Below, in pieces: positions 1 to 9,311 of a stretch of 64,000 nt of DNA. This DNA comes from an uncultured Eubacteriales bacterium (GTDB lineage Bacteria > Bacillota > Clostridia > Oscillospirales > Acutalibacteraceae). The translations under genes and the position numbers were made by a program. The stretch is from NCBI GenBank assembly GCA_964623515.1, contig CAZURV010000009.1, positions 909 to 64,908 on the forward strand, in the 5' to 3' direction. Within the stretch, counting starts at the first letter, position 1. Every line of letters begins with the position of its first letter. The notes under the pieces were generated by a model. That model made no database searches and was not told the DNA's origin. It was given only the letters and a program-made list of their open reading frames with translations.

Positions 1-82
1 GGCAATTCTATTTTATCATCTTTGAAACAAATAGTCAATATAAATGTCATACACCTTGGCGAGCATCGGATTTTGAGATACA

Positions 83-112
83 AAAGAAAAAACAGCATAG
101 AAAACTATGCTG
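83..112 (-). terminator. Rho-independent terminator downstream of the DUF896 gene
   Basis: Inverted repeat CAGCATAG/CTATGCTG (93-100/105-112) with a 4-nt loop. On the minus strand it is followed by a T-run (complement of A-rich 83-92). Confidence 0.6.
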
Positions 113-169
113 TAATAGGACAAACTGCACTTGGGGTACACCCTCTTTATTGAGTATACCCCAACGACA

Positions 170-373
170 TTATTTTTTCTTTTTGAGTTTTCTCTTATTT
201 CCGTTTTCATCAATGATATACGTGTTTTCCAGTTGTGCGCGCAGACTTTGTTTCCAGGCGTCTATATATTCCGTTCGCAGAACTGCTCTCTCTTCTTCCT
301 GTTCAGGCGTAAGTCCGCATGTTTTGGCAAGCTTTGCAAGTTCGTTCAGTCTTTCAATTTTTGATTGTTCCAT
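170..373 (-). CDS. DUF896 (UPF0291/YnzC-like) small helical protein, 67 aa
   Basis: Track ORF 170..574. The first 67 codons are AT-rich read-through. The internal ATG at 371-373 gives MEQSKIERLNELAKLAK..TPEQEEERAVLRTEYI, the typical DUF896 pattern. Confidence 0.7.
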   Translation of the reverse strand: MEQSKIERLNELAKLAKTCGLTPEQEEERAVLRTEYIDAWKQSLRAQLENTYIIDENGNKRKLKKKK

Positions 374-512
374 TATATCACCAAATTTTTTAGTTTGTTG
401 TTTCACATTTAATTTATTATTGTATATTATTTTGATTTTGTCAAATGATAATTTATATTCCTCATTTTTTTGAATTTTGGGGGATATGTTATGAATTTTA
501 AAGAGGGAAATT

Positions 513-1202
513 ATGGAAGTTTTAATAACAATTGTATTCAGTCTTGTTTCATTTATAACTTTGCTTGTTCTCACAAAACTTTCCGGAAACCGTGAAATAT
601 CGAGTATGACTCTTTTTGATTATATAACAAGCATTACAATCGGTTCAATTGCCGCAGAGCTTGCAACAACTGAATTTGACGGTTTTTTCAAGCCTCTCAT
701 CGCTATTTTGATTTGGGGATTTTTAACTTTTGCTATCGCCGCTATAAGTAATAAAAGCCTTAAATTCCGCAGATTTATGAGCGGAAAAACATTAACGCTT
801 TATAAAAACGGAAAGTTTTACCGTGAGAATTTTAAAAAAGCGCGTCTTGATTTGAGCGAATTCTTACTTCAAAGCAGAATCAACGGGCATTTTTCTTTAA
901 GCGAAATCCAGGAGGCTCAGTTTGAAACTAACGGGCAAATCAGTTTTTGCCCGATGCCGTCAAAAAAACCTTTAACTCCTCAAGACGCAAAGATTGCCGT
1001 TCAGCCGTCATCGCCGGAAGTCAGTTTGATTATGGACGGTGTTGTCATACACGGTAATCTGAAACAGATAGGGAAAGAGGAAAAGTGGCTTAAGGAGCAA
1101 CTGAAAATTTACGGTATACACAATACGTCAAACGTATTCTTGGCACTGTGGGATAAAGAGGATAACTTTCATGTTTATGAAAAATATCCAAATAAAAAAT
1201 AA
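513..1202 (+). CDS. DUF421 (YetF-family) membrane protein
   Basis: 229-aa ORF with N-terminal TM helices, a LFDYITSITIGSIAAE motif and a soluble C-terminal domain, as in YetF/YrbG-like spore-former proteins. Confidence 0.75.
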   Translation: MEVLITIVFSLVSFITLLVLTKLSGNREISSMTLFDYITSITIGSIAAELATTEFDGFFKPLIAILIWGFLTFAIAAISNKSLKFRRFMSGKTLTLYKNGKFYRENFKKARLDLSEFLLQSRINGHFSLSEIQEAQFETNGQISFCPMPSKKPLTPQDAKIAVQPSSPEVSLIMDGVVIHGNLKQIGKEEKWLKEQLKIYGIHNTSNVFLALWDKEDNFHVYEKYPNKK

Positions 1203-1219
1203 TGTTTTTACAAACAAAA

Positions 1220-1252
1220 AACTTATCAGGTTTTTCCTGATAAGTTCTTTTC
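1220..1252. terminator. Bidirectional terminator between convergent genes
   Basis: Perfect 11-bp inverted repeat AACTTATCAGG/CCTGATAAGTT with a TTTTT loop, flanked by an A-run upstream and a T-run downstream. Confidence 0.7.
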
Positions 1253-2229
1253 TAATACTGAAATCTTTTTATCTGTCGGATATCCTTGCCCGTAAATTTG
1301 ACAGGTTCGAATTCGCCGATGATTCTCGATGCAATGCGTTCGCCGTATTTCTGTTCTATTCCGGTTATATCAAGGTTTGTATTGATAACGGTGGGTTTAT
1401 TTGCAAGCAGTCTTGTTTCAATAATATTGTGCAGTGCGCTTGCGGTAAAAGAGGTGAGAAATTCTGCGCCCAAATCGTCAATAATCAGCAGATCGGCATC
1501 TTCAGTCTGCGCGAAATTGTATGAAGAAGCATCATCTTTGAATTTTTCTTTTTCAAGACCGGAGAGAATGTTGCTTGCTGTCCCGTAAACAACATAGAAT
1601 CCCTTTTCAATAACTTTTTTTGCCAAAGACAGCGAAAGATGCGTTTTCCCGAGCCCTGTTTTTCCGAACATAAAAATAGAATTTGCACCCGGGCGAAAAT
1701 TACAGGCATAGTCTTTGAGGTATTCAAAATTCCTTTTCATATTTTCTTCTGCGTTAATGCCGTTTTCATCTGTTAAATCTTTATAAAAATCAATATCGAA
1801 TTGTTCAAAACTGCATTTGCTTACAGGCGCTGTTTTTTCAAGGTTTTCAAGGTCAATTTCGGAAATCAGCCTTTTTACGCATGCGCAGAGCTTTCCGTCC
1901 GTTCGCCCGGTATCCTTGCATATTTTGCATGTATAATGCGGCTTCAGGTAATCCTCCGGATAACCGAGGGAAATTAAAAGCGCTTTCTTCTCTTTTTGGA
2001 GTTTCAGGCTTTTTTCGCTTAATTTTTCAATATCAGTCTGTGGATTTTTGCTGTAAAAACATTCAGCGATTCCTGCGCCCGTTTTTTGCAATTCTGTTTC
2101 AATGCGGTTGATTTCAGGGCATATTTTACTGATATTCTGTTTTTTTATAATGCTTTCTTCCAAAGCTTTTATTCTGCGCTGACCTACTAAGTCAAGCGCT
2201 TTTGAGTATGAAGACGGGTTGTAAGACAT
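1252..2229 (-). CDS. DnaC/DnaI-like AAA+ helicase loader (IstB-like ATPase)
   Basis: 325-aa ORF with Walker A GKTGLGKTHL, Walker B LLIIDDLGAE and an N-terminal CxxC..CxC zinc module (CKICKDTG..CAC). Translationally coupled to the upstream DnaD-domain gene. Confidence 0.85.
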   Translation of the reverse strand: MSYNPSSYSKALDLVGQRRIKALEESIIKKQNISKICPEINRIETELQKTGAGIAECFYSKNPQTDIEKLSEKSLKLQKEKKALLISLGYPEDYLKPHYTCKICKDTGRTDGKLCACVKRLISEIDLENLEKTAPVSKCSFEQFDIDFYKDLTDENGINAEENMKRNFEYLKDYACNFRPGANSIFMFGKTGLGKTHLSLSLAKKVIEKGFYVVYGTASNILSGLEKEKFKDDASSYNFAQTEDADLLIIDDLGAEFLTSFTASALHNIIETRLLANKPTVINTNLDITGIEQKYGERIASRIIGEFEPVKFTGKDIRQIKRFQY

Positions 2230-3236
2230 TAGCTTTCATCCTTGCTATTATAGTTTAAAATTCTGTTGTTGATATAGTTATCATAGTCGCTGACGGAATA
2301 TGAGGCGCCGGAGTTATCTTTATTTTGATTCTTGTTTTTGGAGACGGCGCGGCTTTTTTCATATTTTTTGATTCCGTCGAGCGTAGTTATTCCGTTATTA
2401 TGCCATGTTGTGAGGATTTTATCAAGATAACGATAGTTCGGGCGGTCAATACTGTCAAGCATTTTTTCATATGCTTCGGAAATGATTTCAATGGTAAATT
2501 TCCATTCCTTTGTCCATTTTGAAAACAATTTTTCCTGCTTTTCTGTCGGCTTTCTTAAAGGCTTGCCGATGGATAAACAGAATGCTTTCCAGAGTTTGTC
2601 GGTCGATTTCAGGCGCTCTATCTTTTCTTCGGCATCTTCAAGTGTTTCAATCCCTTCCTCCGCCCAGTTTTCGCCTGCTTTTCGGATATAATTTGTTCCG
2701 CTTTTTCCGTTTTCTACTGCGTAGCTGATAAGCATCAGGATAACTTCTGTTCGCAGTCCGTAATTATCCATTAAAGAAAGCAACATACTCTGTTCTGCAC
2801 GGCTTATGCTTCTGCCGTAGATTTCCTGGCTCTTTCGGAGCAGATATTTATATTCGGGGCTTTCTTCGGAACGGAGAAGGATTTCTTCCGTGCTTGCCAG
2901 GGAGGAACCGAGTTTTACGGTTTTTTCAGGTTTTTTTTGAAGCTCTGCGGTTTCTGTTTCCATCTCGATTTGCTGCGGTTTAGTGTCTTCCTCCTGTGCG
3001 CAGGGGATGATAAGGCCATTGTCTATCCAGAAAAAGATCGCTTCGTTTACAACGGATTTATCCAGCTTGAGTTCGTCTGCAAGCTCGTCCGGACTTTTCG
3101 GAGTATCCGCATGGCGAAAAATCCAAAGTAGCACAGTGATATGCTTTGGATTCGCAAGTTTTAAATATTTATCTGCCAATGCGTTTGGAACAGAAAAAGT
3201 TTTTTCGGATGTACCGCTGTTTATTTTGTATTTCAT
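2229..3236 (-). CDS. DnaD-domain replication initiation/membrane attachment protein (DnaB/DnaD family)
   Basis: 335-aa ORF with an N-terminal winged-helix-like region and a C-terminal DnaD-type repeat (YGRSISRAEQSMLLSLMDNYGL..; NYRYLDKILTTWHNNGITT). Its stop overlaps the start of the loader ATPase. Confidence 0.8.
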   Translation of the reverse strand: MKYKINSGTSEKTFSVPNALADKYLKLANPKHITVLLWIFRHADTPKSPDELADELKLDKSVVNEAIFFWIDNGLIIPCAQEEDTKPQQIEMETETAELQKKPEKTVKLGSSLASTEEILLRSEESPEYKYLLRKSQEIYGRSISRAEQSMLLSLMDNYGLRTEVILMLISYAVENGKSGTNYIRKAGENWAEEGIETLEDAEEKIERLKSTDKLWKAFCLSIGKPLRKPTEKQEKLFSKWTKEWKFTIEIISEAYEKMLDSIDRPNYRYLDKILTTWHNNGITTLDGIKKYEKSRAVSKNKNQNKDNSGASYSVSDYDNYINNRILNYNSKDES

Positions 3237-3420
3237 TATAGATACTCCGCGTTATTTTTATCGGTTGTTAAATTGTACCATAATAACAGAACGAATAAAA
3301 GACGGAAAATTCAACAATATTTTACATTCAATTTATATAACTTGCCATAAACTGTGATGTATTTAACAATTTATAAACAGTATTTTCAACAAAGAAGGGT
3401 TGACCTATAACCTGTTCGCC

Positions 3421-3572
3421 GATGTCCCCGCCTCTTAGGTAGCGGGGACATTTCGGAATTTCAGTGGGGTGACAATCTCCCACTGAAACCCTGAGGAGCG
3501 AACGCTCCCTGCGCAGGTTGCAGTCGTTCGCAAGCCCCATTTCAAGCGAGCTTGATGGAGCACTGCTCCGAT
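3421..3572 (+). ncRNA. Unassigned structured RNA element, copy A (paralog of 53091-53240 and 54978-55140)
   Basis: Hairpins GTCCCCGC/GCGGGGAC (3424-3431/3442-3449), CAGTGGG/CCCACTG (3463-3469/3479-3485) and GCGAACG/CGTTCGC (3498-3504/3525-3531), followed by AAGCCCC. Block order matches copies B and C. It lies in a gene-free gap, and the overlapping track ORFs look spurious. Confidence 0.55.
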
Positions 3573-3583
3573 TAAAAAAAATA

Positions 3584-3612
3584 TTGACAAACATTCCGTT
3601 TTGTAATAAAAT
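3584..3612 (+). promoter_or_regulatory. Sigma-A type promoter of the infC-rpmI-rplT operon
   Basis: TTGACA (3584-3589), 17-nt spacer, TAAAAT (3607-3612). Confidence 0.65.
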
Positions 3613-3619
3613 ACATAAG

Positions 3620-3745
3620 ACAATAAAGAAAAGCATCATGCTTTCACCTGCCGGTTACGCTTGCAGCGTCAATACGTATTCAGCGGATTTGTAATCCGCC
3701 GTTTGTGTTGGCATCGTTGCGTCTTGGCTACGGTGCTTTTGTTTT
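3620..3745 (+). promoter_or_regulatory. L20-leader-like transcription attenuator upstream of infC
   Basis: Leader of about 150 nt with hairpins AAAGC/GCTTT and GCGGATT/AATCCGC, plus a terminator-like hairpin GCATCGT/ACGGTGC (3711-3736) followed by TTTTGTTTT. Position upstream of infC matches the Firmicute L20 autoregulatory leader. Confidence 0.5.
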
Positions 3746-3770
3746 AAAACTTTTTTTGGAGGTGCTTAAT

Positions 3771-4289
3771 ATAGCCGCGAAAAATACGCAGATCAATGAG
3801 CAGATCCGCGATGCTGAGCTCAGAATTATCGGACCGGACGGTTCACAACTGGGCATTATGTCTGCAAAAAAAGCGCTTGCGCTTGCAGATGAAAAAGGGC
3901 TTGATCTTGTTAAAATTGCTCCTCAGGCAAAACCGCCTGTTTGTAAAATTATTGATTACAGCAAGTTTTTGTTTGAGAAGCAGAAAAGAGAAAAAGAAAA
4001 CAGAAAAAAGCAGAAAACCGTTGAAACAAAAGAAATCAGGCTTTCTCTTAACATTGACGTTCATGATTTTGACACGAAAGTTAAGCAGGCACTTAAATTT
4101 TTAAATCACGGCGATAAAGTAAAATGTTCCATACGTCTGCGGGGCAGGGAAATGGGACATCCAGAACTCGGCCTTGCAAATATGAAAAAATTTGCGGATG
4201 CTTGCGCGGAAGTCGCAGTGATTGAAAAACCCGCTAAGCTTGAAGGTCGTCAGATTCTGATGTTTCTTGCAGCAAAATCGGCAAAATAA
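3771..4289 (+). CDS. infC: Translation initiation factor IF-3, probable non-canonical ATA start
   Basis: Sequence INEQIRDAELRIIGPDGSQLGIM.. is typical IF-3. GGAGG at 3758-3762 lies 8 nt before the in-frame ATA at 3771. The upstream in-frame GTG/TTG codons lack an SD or sit inside it. Confidence 0.85.
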   Translation: MAAKNTQINEQIRDAELRIIGPDGSQLGIMSAKKALALADEKGLDLVKIAPQAKPPVCKIIDYSKFLFEKQKREKENRKKQKTVETKEIRLSLNIDVHDFDTKVKQALKFLNHGDKVKCSIRLRGREMGHPELGLANMKKFADACAEVAVIEKPAKLEGRQILMFLAAKSAK

Positions 4290-4319
4290 GCTTTCAATCA
4301 ATTCAAGGAGGAAAAAAAG

Positions 4320-4517
4320 ATGCCAAAAATTAAAACACATTCGGGCGCCAAAAAGCGTTTCAAAATTTCCAAAAACGGGAAGGTTATTCGTGCTCATGCA
4401 AATAAAAGCCATATATTAACCAAAAAAACCACAAAAAGAACAAGGAATCTCCGCAAAACATCTGTTGCAGACAAAACAAATGTTAAGCAGATTAAACGGC
4501 TTGTTCCTTATAAATAA
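4320..4517 (+). CDS. rpmI: 50S ribosomal protein L35
   Basis: [22 protein letters not shown].. is the canonical L35 N-terminus; the gene follows infC. Confidence 0.97.
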   Translation: MPKIKTHSGAKKRFKISKNGKVIRAHANKSHILTKKTTKRTRNLRKTSVADKTNVKQIKRLVPYK

Positions 4518-4554
4518 TTATGATTTATTACGATTTTAACGGAGGTATATATAA

Positions 4555-4911
4555 ATGGCACGTGTAAAGGGTGCGATGATGACTCGCAAAAGAAGAAAGA
4601 AAACATTAAAGATGGCCAAAGGCTACTACGGCGCAAAGAGCAAGCTTTTTAAAACAGCGAAACAGGCCGTAATGAAATCCGGGAACTATGCCTATATTGG
4701 TCGTAAACAGAAAAAAAGAGATTTTCGCCGTTTGTGGATAACGAGAATTTCCGCAGCGTGCAAGCTTAACGGAATGAATTATTCAACGTTTATCAACGGG
4801 CTGAAAAAAGCCGGAGTTGAACTTAACCGCAAGATGCTGTCAGAGATTGCAATTGCAGACCCTCAGGCGTTCACCGCGCTTACGGAACAGGCGAAAGCCG
4901 CTCTTAAATAA
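4555..4911 (+). CDS. rplT: 50S ribosomal protein L20
   Basis: [35 protein letters not shown] is canonical L20. Confidence 0.97.
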   Translation: MARVKGAMMTRKRRKKTLKMAKGYYGAKSKLFKTAKQAVMKSGNYAYIGRKQKKRDFRRLWITRISAACKLNGMNYSTFINGLKKAGVELNRKMLSEIAIADPQAFTALTEQAKAALK

Positions 4912-4923
4912 ATATATTTATCG

Positions 4924-4956
4924 GACGTTTGATGGATTCAAGCGTCTGATTTTTTT
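4924..4956 (+). terminator. Rho-independent terminator of the infC operon
   Basis: Stem GACGTTTGA/TCAAGCGTC (one G-U pair) with loop TGGAT, followed by TGATTTTTTT. Confidence 0.75.
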
Positions 4957-5124
4957 ACTTTTGATGTTGGCTTGAACCGATTGGATAAAAACATATTTTA
5001 AGCGCTTTTGCATAAAACAGTTGAAATTTTTGCGGATTTGATTATACTAATTAAATGAAGGAAAAAGGCTGCGTTTATCGGAGCAGGGATATATAATAAC
5101 TTCGGAAAGCGCTTTTATTGAATT

Positions 5125-5898
5125 ATGGAAATAATAACAAGCAGAAATAATGTAAAAATAAAATACGCCTGTTCGCTGAAAAACGCTTCTGTTCGAACAA
5201 GCGAAAACAGTTTTCTTGCCGAAGGCGCAAGGCTTTGCCGGGACGCGGCAGAGAGCGGAATCAGAATCAAAAGTTTGTTCATCACGCAAAAACAGCTCAA
5301 TTCCGAAAGTACTCTGCCTGTTATTGAAGCGGCTGACAACGTATTCTGCATTGAGAAGCATGTTGCGGAAAAATTGGCAGATACAAAAAACAGCCAGGGA
5401 ATTTTTGCAGTTTGTGAAAAACCTGATAATTCACGGGATTTTGATGTAAACGGAAAATATATTCTGCTTGAAAACTTGTCCAATCCGAGCAATCTCGGCG
5501 CGATAGTCAGAACTGCCGAAGCGCTCGGAATGAGCGGGGCCGTGTTATATGAGTGTTGCGATGTGTTTTCTCCGAAAGCGTTACGTGCAACAATGGGTTC
5601 GGCATTCAGGTTTCCGATTTTCCGTCCACGTGATTTCATGCGATTCCTGGAAGAAAAAAAAAGTTTCGGTATGAAGTTGTATTGCTGTGTTGTGGACGGT
5701 ACAGCCGAGGATATAAGATGCGCCGATAAAACAGGCGGCATAATTGCAGCAGTCGGAAACGAGGCAAACGGCTTGAGCAGAAAACTTAAAGAAGCCGGAA
5801 CCTGTGTAACAATAAAAATGAAAGGCCGTGCCGAAAGTATGAATGCTTCCCAGGCGGCGGCGGTAGTTATGCACGAAATTATGAACCGTGCGGATTGA
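5125..5898 (+). CDS. TrmH/SpoU-family RNA 2'-O-methyltransferase
   Basis: 257 aa with SpoU motifs LENLSNPSNLGAIVRTAEALG, VGNEANGLS and SMNASQAAAVVMHE. Confidence 0.85.
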   Translation: MEIITSRNNVKIKYACSLKNASVRTSENSFLAEGARLCRDAAESGIRIKSLFITQKQLNSESTLPVIEAADNVFCIEKHVAEKLADTKNSQGIFAVCEKPDNSRDFDVNGKYILLENLSNPSNLGAIVRTAEALGMSGAVLYECCDVFSPKALRATMGSAFRFPIFRPRDFMRFLEEKKSFGMKLYCCVVDGTAEDIRCADKTGGIIAAVGNEANGLSRKLKEAGTCVTIKMKGRAESMNASQAAAVVMHEIMNRAD

Positions 5899-5899
5899 T

Positions 5900-7069
5900 A
5901 TGAATACTTTATATTGGATATGGCTTCAGGATGCTTTGGGAATAGGCGCTGTTGCAGATAAAATATTAGACGTATTTGGAGATATTCAAAGTGTCTATAC
6001 CTGCCGGAATTATACCGTTCATTTAGGTTCGGCGCAAAAAAAACGATTGATGGACAAAAGTCTGAAGAAGGCAGAAAAGATATTCCACATATGCAAGGAA
6101 CGTGGTTACAAGATTTTAACGCCGGACAGTTCCGATTATCCGAATGCGCTCAGAAATATAAAAACATTTCCTCTTGCGCTTTATGTTGACGGTGTGTTTG
6201 ATTTTAACAGCGCTCCGATGATTTCTCTTGTGGGAACAAGAAAAGCATCAAAATACAGTGTCAACGTATCTACGCGTCTTGCATATTCACTTGCTAAGGG
6301 CGGTTTTGCTGTAATCAGTGGCGGTGCGCTCGGCGTGGATTCTTCAGCACACAAAGGCGCAATTCTTGCGGGCGGAAAAACAATCGCCGTGCTTGGTTGC
6401 GGTCTCGGGGCAAAATATCTTTCTGAGAATGCGCCGTTGCGGAAAACTATTTCCAAAAACGGTGCGCTTCTTTCCGAATATCCACCGGATTATCCGGCAA
6501 GCGCTTCAACGTTTCCGATAAGAAACAGAATCATAGCGGCGCTCGGACTCGGCACGGTGGTTGTTGAAGCGGCAATCAAATCAGGTTCTCTGATAACGGC
6601 GAAATATGCCAGAGAATTTAACCGCGATGTGTTTGCTGTTCCGGGAGCTATTTATAATTCGGCTTTTGAGGGCGTGAACAGTCTTTTAAGGGATGGAGCA
6701 AAGGCAGTTTTCGGCGTTTCCGATATCATTGAGGAATATAATCGTTTATATCCCGATAAAATAAATTTGAAAAATGCTTTGGCATATGATATAAATGAAC
6801 AGGAAAGAAATTATGGGGAGCTTTCGGCTGCTCATATAGAATCGGTTGATAGGGAAGTGGAATTTGACCTTTCTCCGAAGAAGCAGTTTCCGAGTATGTC
6901 TGCCAAAGCGCGCCTGGTTTATGACGCGCTTGAACACGGTCAGTTGCATGTGAATGAAATAGCCGTTAAGACTTCTCTTACTTTGAGTCAGGTTCTCTCT
7001 CAGCTGACAAGCCTTGAGCTTATTGACGCGGTTGAGGCGCTTCCCGGCAGAATATATAAACAAAAATAA
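5900..7069 (+). CDS. dprA: DNA processing protein DprA (Smf)
   Basis: Rossmann-like DprA core SLVGTRKASKYS..VISGGALGVDSSAHKGAL..IAVLGCGL, plus a C-terminal winged-helix. The ATG at 5900 directly follows the upstream stop; the track ORF starts at GTG 5888. Confidence 0.9.
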   Translation: MNTLYWIWLQDALGIGAVADKILDVFGDIQSVYTCRNYTVHLGSAQKKRLMDKSLKKAEKIFHICKERGYKILTPDSSDYPNALRNIKTFPLALYVDGVFDFNSAPMISLVGTRKASKYSVNVSTRLAYSLAKGGFAVISGGALGVDSSAHKGAILAGGKTIAVLGCGLGAKYLSENAPLRKTISKNGALLSEYPPDYPASASTFPIRNRIIAALGLGTVVVEAAIKSGSLITAKYAREFNRDVFAVPGAIYNSAFEGVNSLLRDGAKAVFGVSDIIEEYNRLYPDKINLKNALAYDINEQERNYGELSAAHIESVDREVEFDLSPKKQFPSMSAKARLVYDALEHGQLHVNEIAVKTSLTLSQVLSQLTSLELIDAVEALPGRIYKQK

Positions 7070-7081
7070 CAGAGGTAAAAT

Positions 7082-9178
7082 ATGTCTAAACTTATTATTG
7101 TGGAGTCGCCCACTAAAAAAAATACTATTAAAAAATATCTCGGCAAGGATTATAACGTTGTCGCTTCAAACGGGCATGTGCGCGATCTTCCCGGCTCGCG
7201 TTTGAGCGTGGATGTTGAACACAATTTTGAACCGAAATATTCAATTGTGGCGGGCAAGGCGGCTCTTGTTAATAATCTTATCGAACAGGCGAAAAAAAGC
7301 GAAAAAGTTTATCTCGCAACTGACCCGGACCGTGAGGGGGAGGCAATCTCCTGGCATCTTGCGACCATACTCGGTCTGGATATGAAAGAAAAGAACAGAG
7401 TCACTTTTAATGAGATTACAAAAACGGGAATAGAAGCGGGTATGTCCGCGCCCCGTACGCTCGATATGGATCTTGTAGATGCACAGCAGGCGCGCAGAAT
7501 ACTTGACAGGCTTGTGGGTTACCGACTGAGTCCTTTTGTTTCGCAGAAGATAAGGAGGGGGCTTTCCGCAGGGCGCGTTCAGTCCGTAGCGCTGAGACTT
7601 ATTGTAGATAGGGAAAATGAAATCAGAAGCTTTAAACCCGAGGAATATTGGAGCATAGTTGCAAAATTCAATCCACCGTCGTCTAAAAAAGTATTTACTG
7701 CTTCGCTCTATTCAAAGGATTCCAAGAAAATAAAAATAAAAAACAAAGCTGAATCGGACGCGCTTCTCGTTGCGCTTGACGGCGCTGAATATACCGTAAA
7801 CAACGTTGTGAAAAGTGTGCGGCATAAACCTCCGCAGCCGCCGTTTATAACCTCAACCATGCAGCAGGAAGCTTCCAGACGGCTCGGCTTTCAGTCTAAG
7901 AGGACAATGAAGGTGGCGCAGGAGCTTTACGAGGGGATTAACGTTGACGGCTTCGGAACGACCGGTGTTATTACCTATATGAGAACGGATTCGTTGCGTA
8001 TATCAGACGAAGCGAGAGTAGCTGCAAAAGAATTTATCATTTCCAATTTCGGCAAAGAATACGTTCCCGGCAGAGAAAGATATTTCAAGCAGAAAAACCG
8101 GGTGCAGGACGGGCATGAGGCAATCAGACCAACCAATCCGTCCATCACACCGGAAATTATTAAACAATCCGGAGTAACTTCTGACCAGTATAAATTATAT
8201 AAACTGATATGGGAGCGTTTTATAGCATCTCTTATGGCGGATTGCCTTCAGAATACCGTTAAAGTTGATATCACGGCAAAAAATTATTTGTTTAAAGCTT
8301 CAGGCTATACTGTAAAATTTGACGGATATACAAAGCTTTATGAAGAAGCGAGTGATGATGAAACGGCAACTGCGGGCGTGGCTCTTCCTCCGCTTTCAAA
8401 GGGCGATTTGCTGAAGTTGAAATCCATATCGGGACTACAGCATTTCACACAGGCTCCGGCCCGTTTTACCGAGGCAACGCTTATCAAAACGCTTGAAGAA
8501 AACGGAATTGGTAGACCAAGCACATATGCCTCCATTCCGACGACGATACTTTCCAGGGAATATGTGGTAAGGGACGGACGGCATCTTAAGCCCACAGAGC
8601 TCGGAGAGGCGATAACCAAGCTTCTTTACGAGAAATTCCCGAAAATAGTCGATGTGAAATTTACCGCAAAAATGGAACAGAATCTTGATGACATCGGGCG
8701 CGGCGACCTCGATTATGTCGAAATGCTGGATGAGTTTTACAGTGATTTTGAAAAAACGCTCAATGCCGCCAAAAAAGATATGGAGGGCGTTAAGATAAAA
8801 CTCAAAGAAGAAGAAACGGATATAAAATGTGAAAAATGCGGTGCAAATATGGTAGTGAAAGTCGGACGGTTCGGGAAATTCCTTGCATGTCCGAATTATC
8901 CGGAATGCAAAAATACGAAGCCGTTCGTTATCAACACTTCCGGCAAATGCCCTGTATGCGGCGGCGACATTGTTCAGAAAAAATCCAAAAGAGGATATAA
9001 ATTTTACGGCTGCGGCAATTATCCGGACTGTAATTTTATGACCTGGGATGAACCGGTAAACGAAACATGTCCAAAGTGCGGAAGCACGATGTTCAAGCAA
9101 AAAGGCGGAGTACTTGCTTGCCTGAAAGAGGGCTGCGGTTTTTCAAAAAAAGCGGAAAAAAGAACAAACAAATCATAA
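7082..9178 (+). CDS. topA: DNA topoisomerase I (type IA) with C-terminal zinc ribbons
   Basis: TOPRIM N-terminus MSKLIIVESPTKK, active-site region ITYMRTDS and three C-terminal CxxC..CxxC fingers. Confidence 0.97.
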   Translation: MSKLIIVESPTKKNTIKKYLGKDYNVVASNGHVRDLPGSRLSVDVEHNFEPKYSIVAGKAALVNNLIEQAKKSEKVYLATDPDREGEAISWHLATILGLDMKEKNRVTFNEITKTGIEAGMSAPRTLDMDLVDAQQARRILDRLVGYRLSPFVSQKIRRGLSAGRVQSVALRLIVDRENEIRSFKPEEYWSIVAKFNPPSSKKVFTASLYSKDSKKIKIKNKAESDALLVALDGAEYTVNNVVKSVRHKPPQPPFITSTMQQEASRRLGFQSKRTMKVAQELYEGINVDGFGTTGVITYMRTDSLRISDEARVAAKEFIISNFGKEYVPGRERYFKQKNRVQDGHEAIRPTNPSITPEIIKQSGVTSDQYKLYKLIWERFIASLMADCLQNTVKVDITAKNYLFKASGYTVKFDGYTKLYEEASDDETATAGVALPPLSKGDLLKLKSISGLQHFTQAPARFTEATLIKTLEENGIGRPSTYASIPTTILSREYVVRDGRHLKPTELGEAITKLLYEKFPKIVDVKFTAKMEQNLDDIGRGDLDYVEMLDEFYSDFEKTLNAAKKDMEGVKIKLKEEETDIKCEKCGANMVVKVGRFGKFLACPNYPECKNTKPFVINTSGKCPVCGGDIVQKKSKRGYKFYGCGNYPDCNFMTWDEPVNETCPKCGSTMFKQKGGVLACLKEGCGFSKKAEKRTNKS

Positions 9179-9186
9179 CGTGGAAA

Positions 9187-9225
9187 GGCACGGAGCAGCT
9201 TTAACCGGCGCGCTCCGCCTTTTTT
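9187..9225 (+). terminator. Rho-independent terminator after topA
   Basis: CGGAGC/GCTCCG stem (9191-9196/9212-9217), extended by GGC/CC, followed by TTTTTT (9220-9225). Confidence 0.65.
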
Positions 9226-9311
9226 CAAATCGCAGAGAAAATCACTTGTTTGTAATTATTTTGTTGACCGGATATCGGGTTAGGTTTTGAATCGGTTGCG
9301 AAAGGAATTGT

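Noticed and set aside
3328-3639. Track ORFs 3328..3639 and 3435..3623 (minus strand, 103 and 62 aa) between dnaD and infC.
   Set aside because: They overlap the structured RNA element copy A and the infC promoter, have no SD, and show an odd composition. They are better explained as chance ORFs across GC-rich stems.
3705-3770. GTG 3705 (track start), TTG 3756 and GTG 3762 as the infC start.
   Set aside because: None has a usable SD, and GTG 3762 lies inside the GGAGG itself. Each would add a hydrophobic extension not seen in IF-3. ATA 3771 with GGAGG at -8 fits better.
8435-9100. 221-aa minus-strand ORF inside topA, and a 219-aa one inside nrdD (40077..40736).
   Set aside because: Both are antisense to highly conserved genes and have no independent signals.
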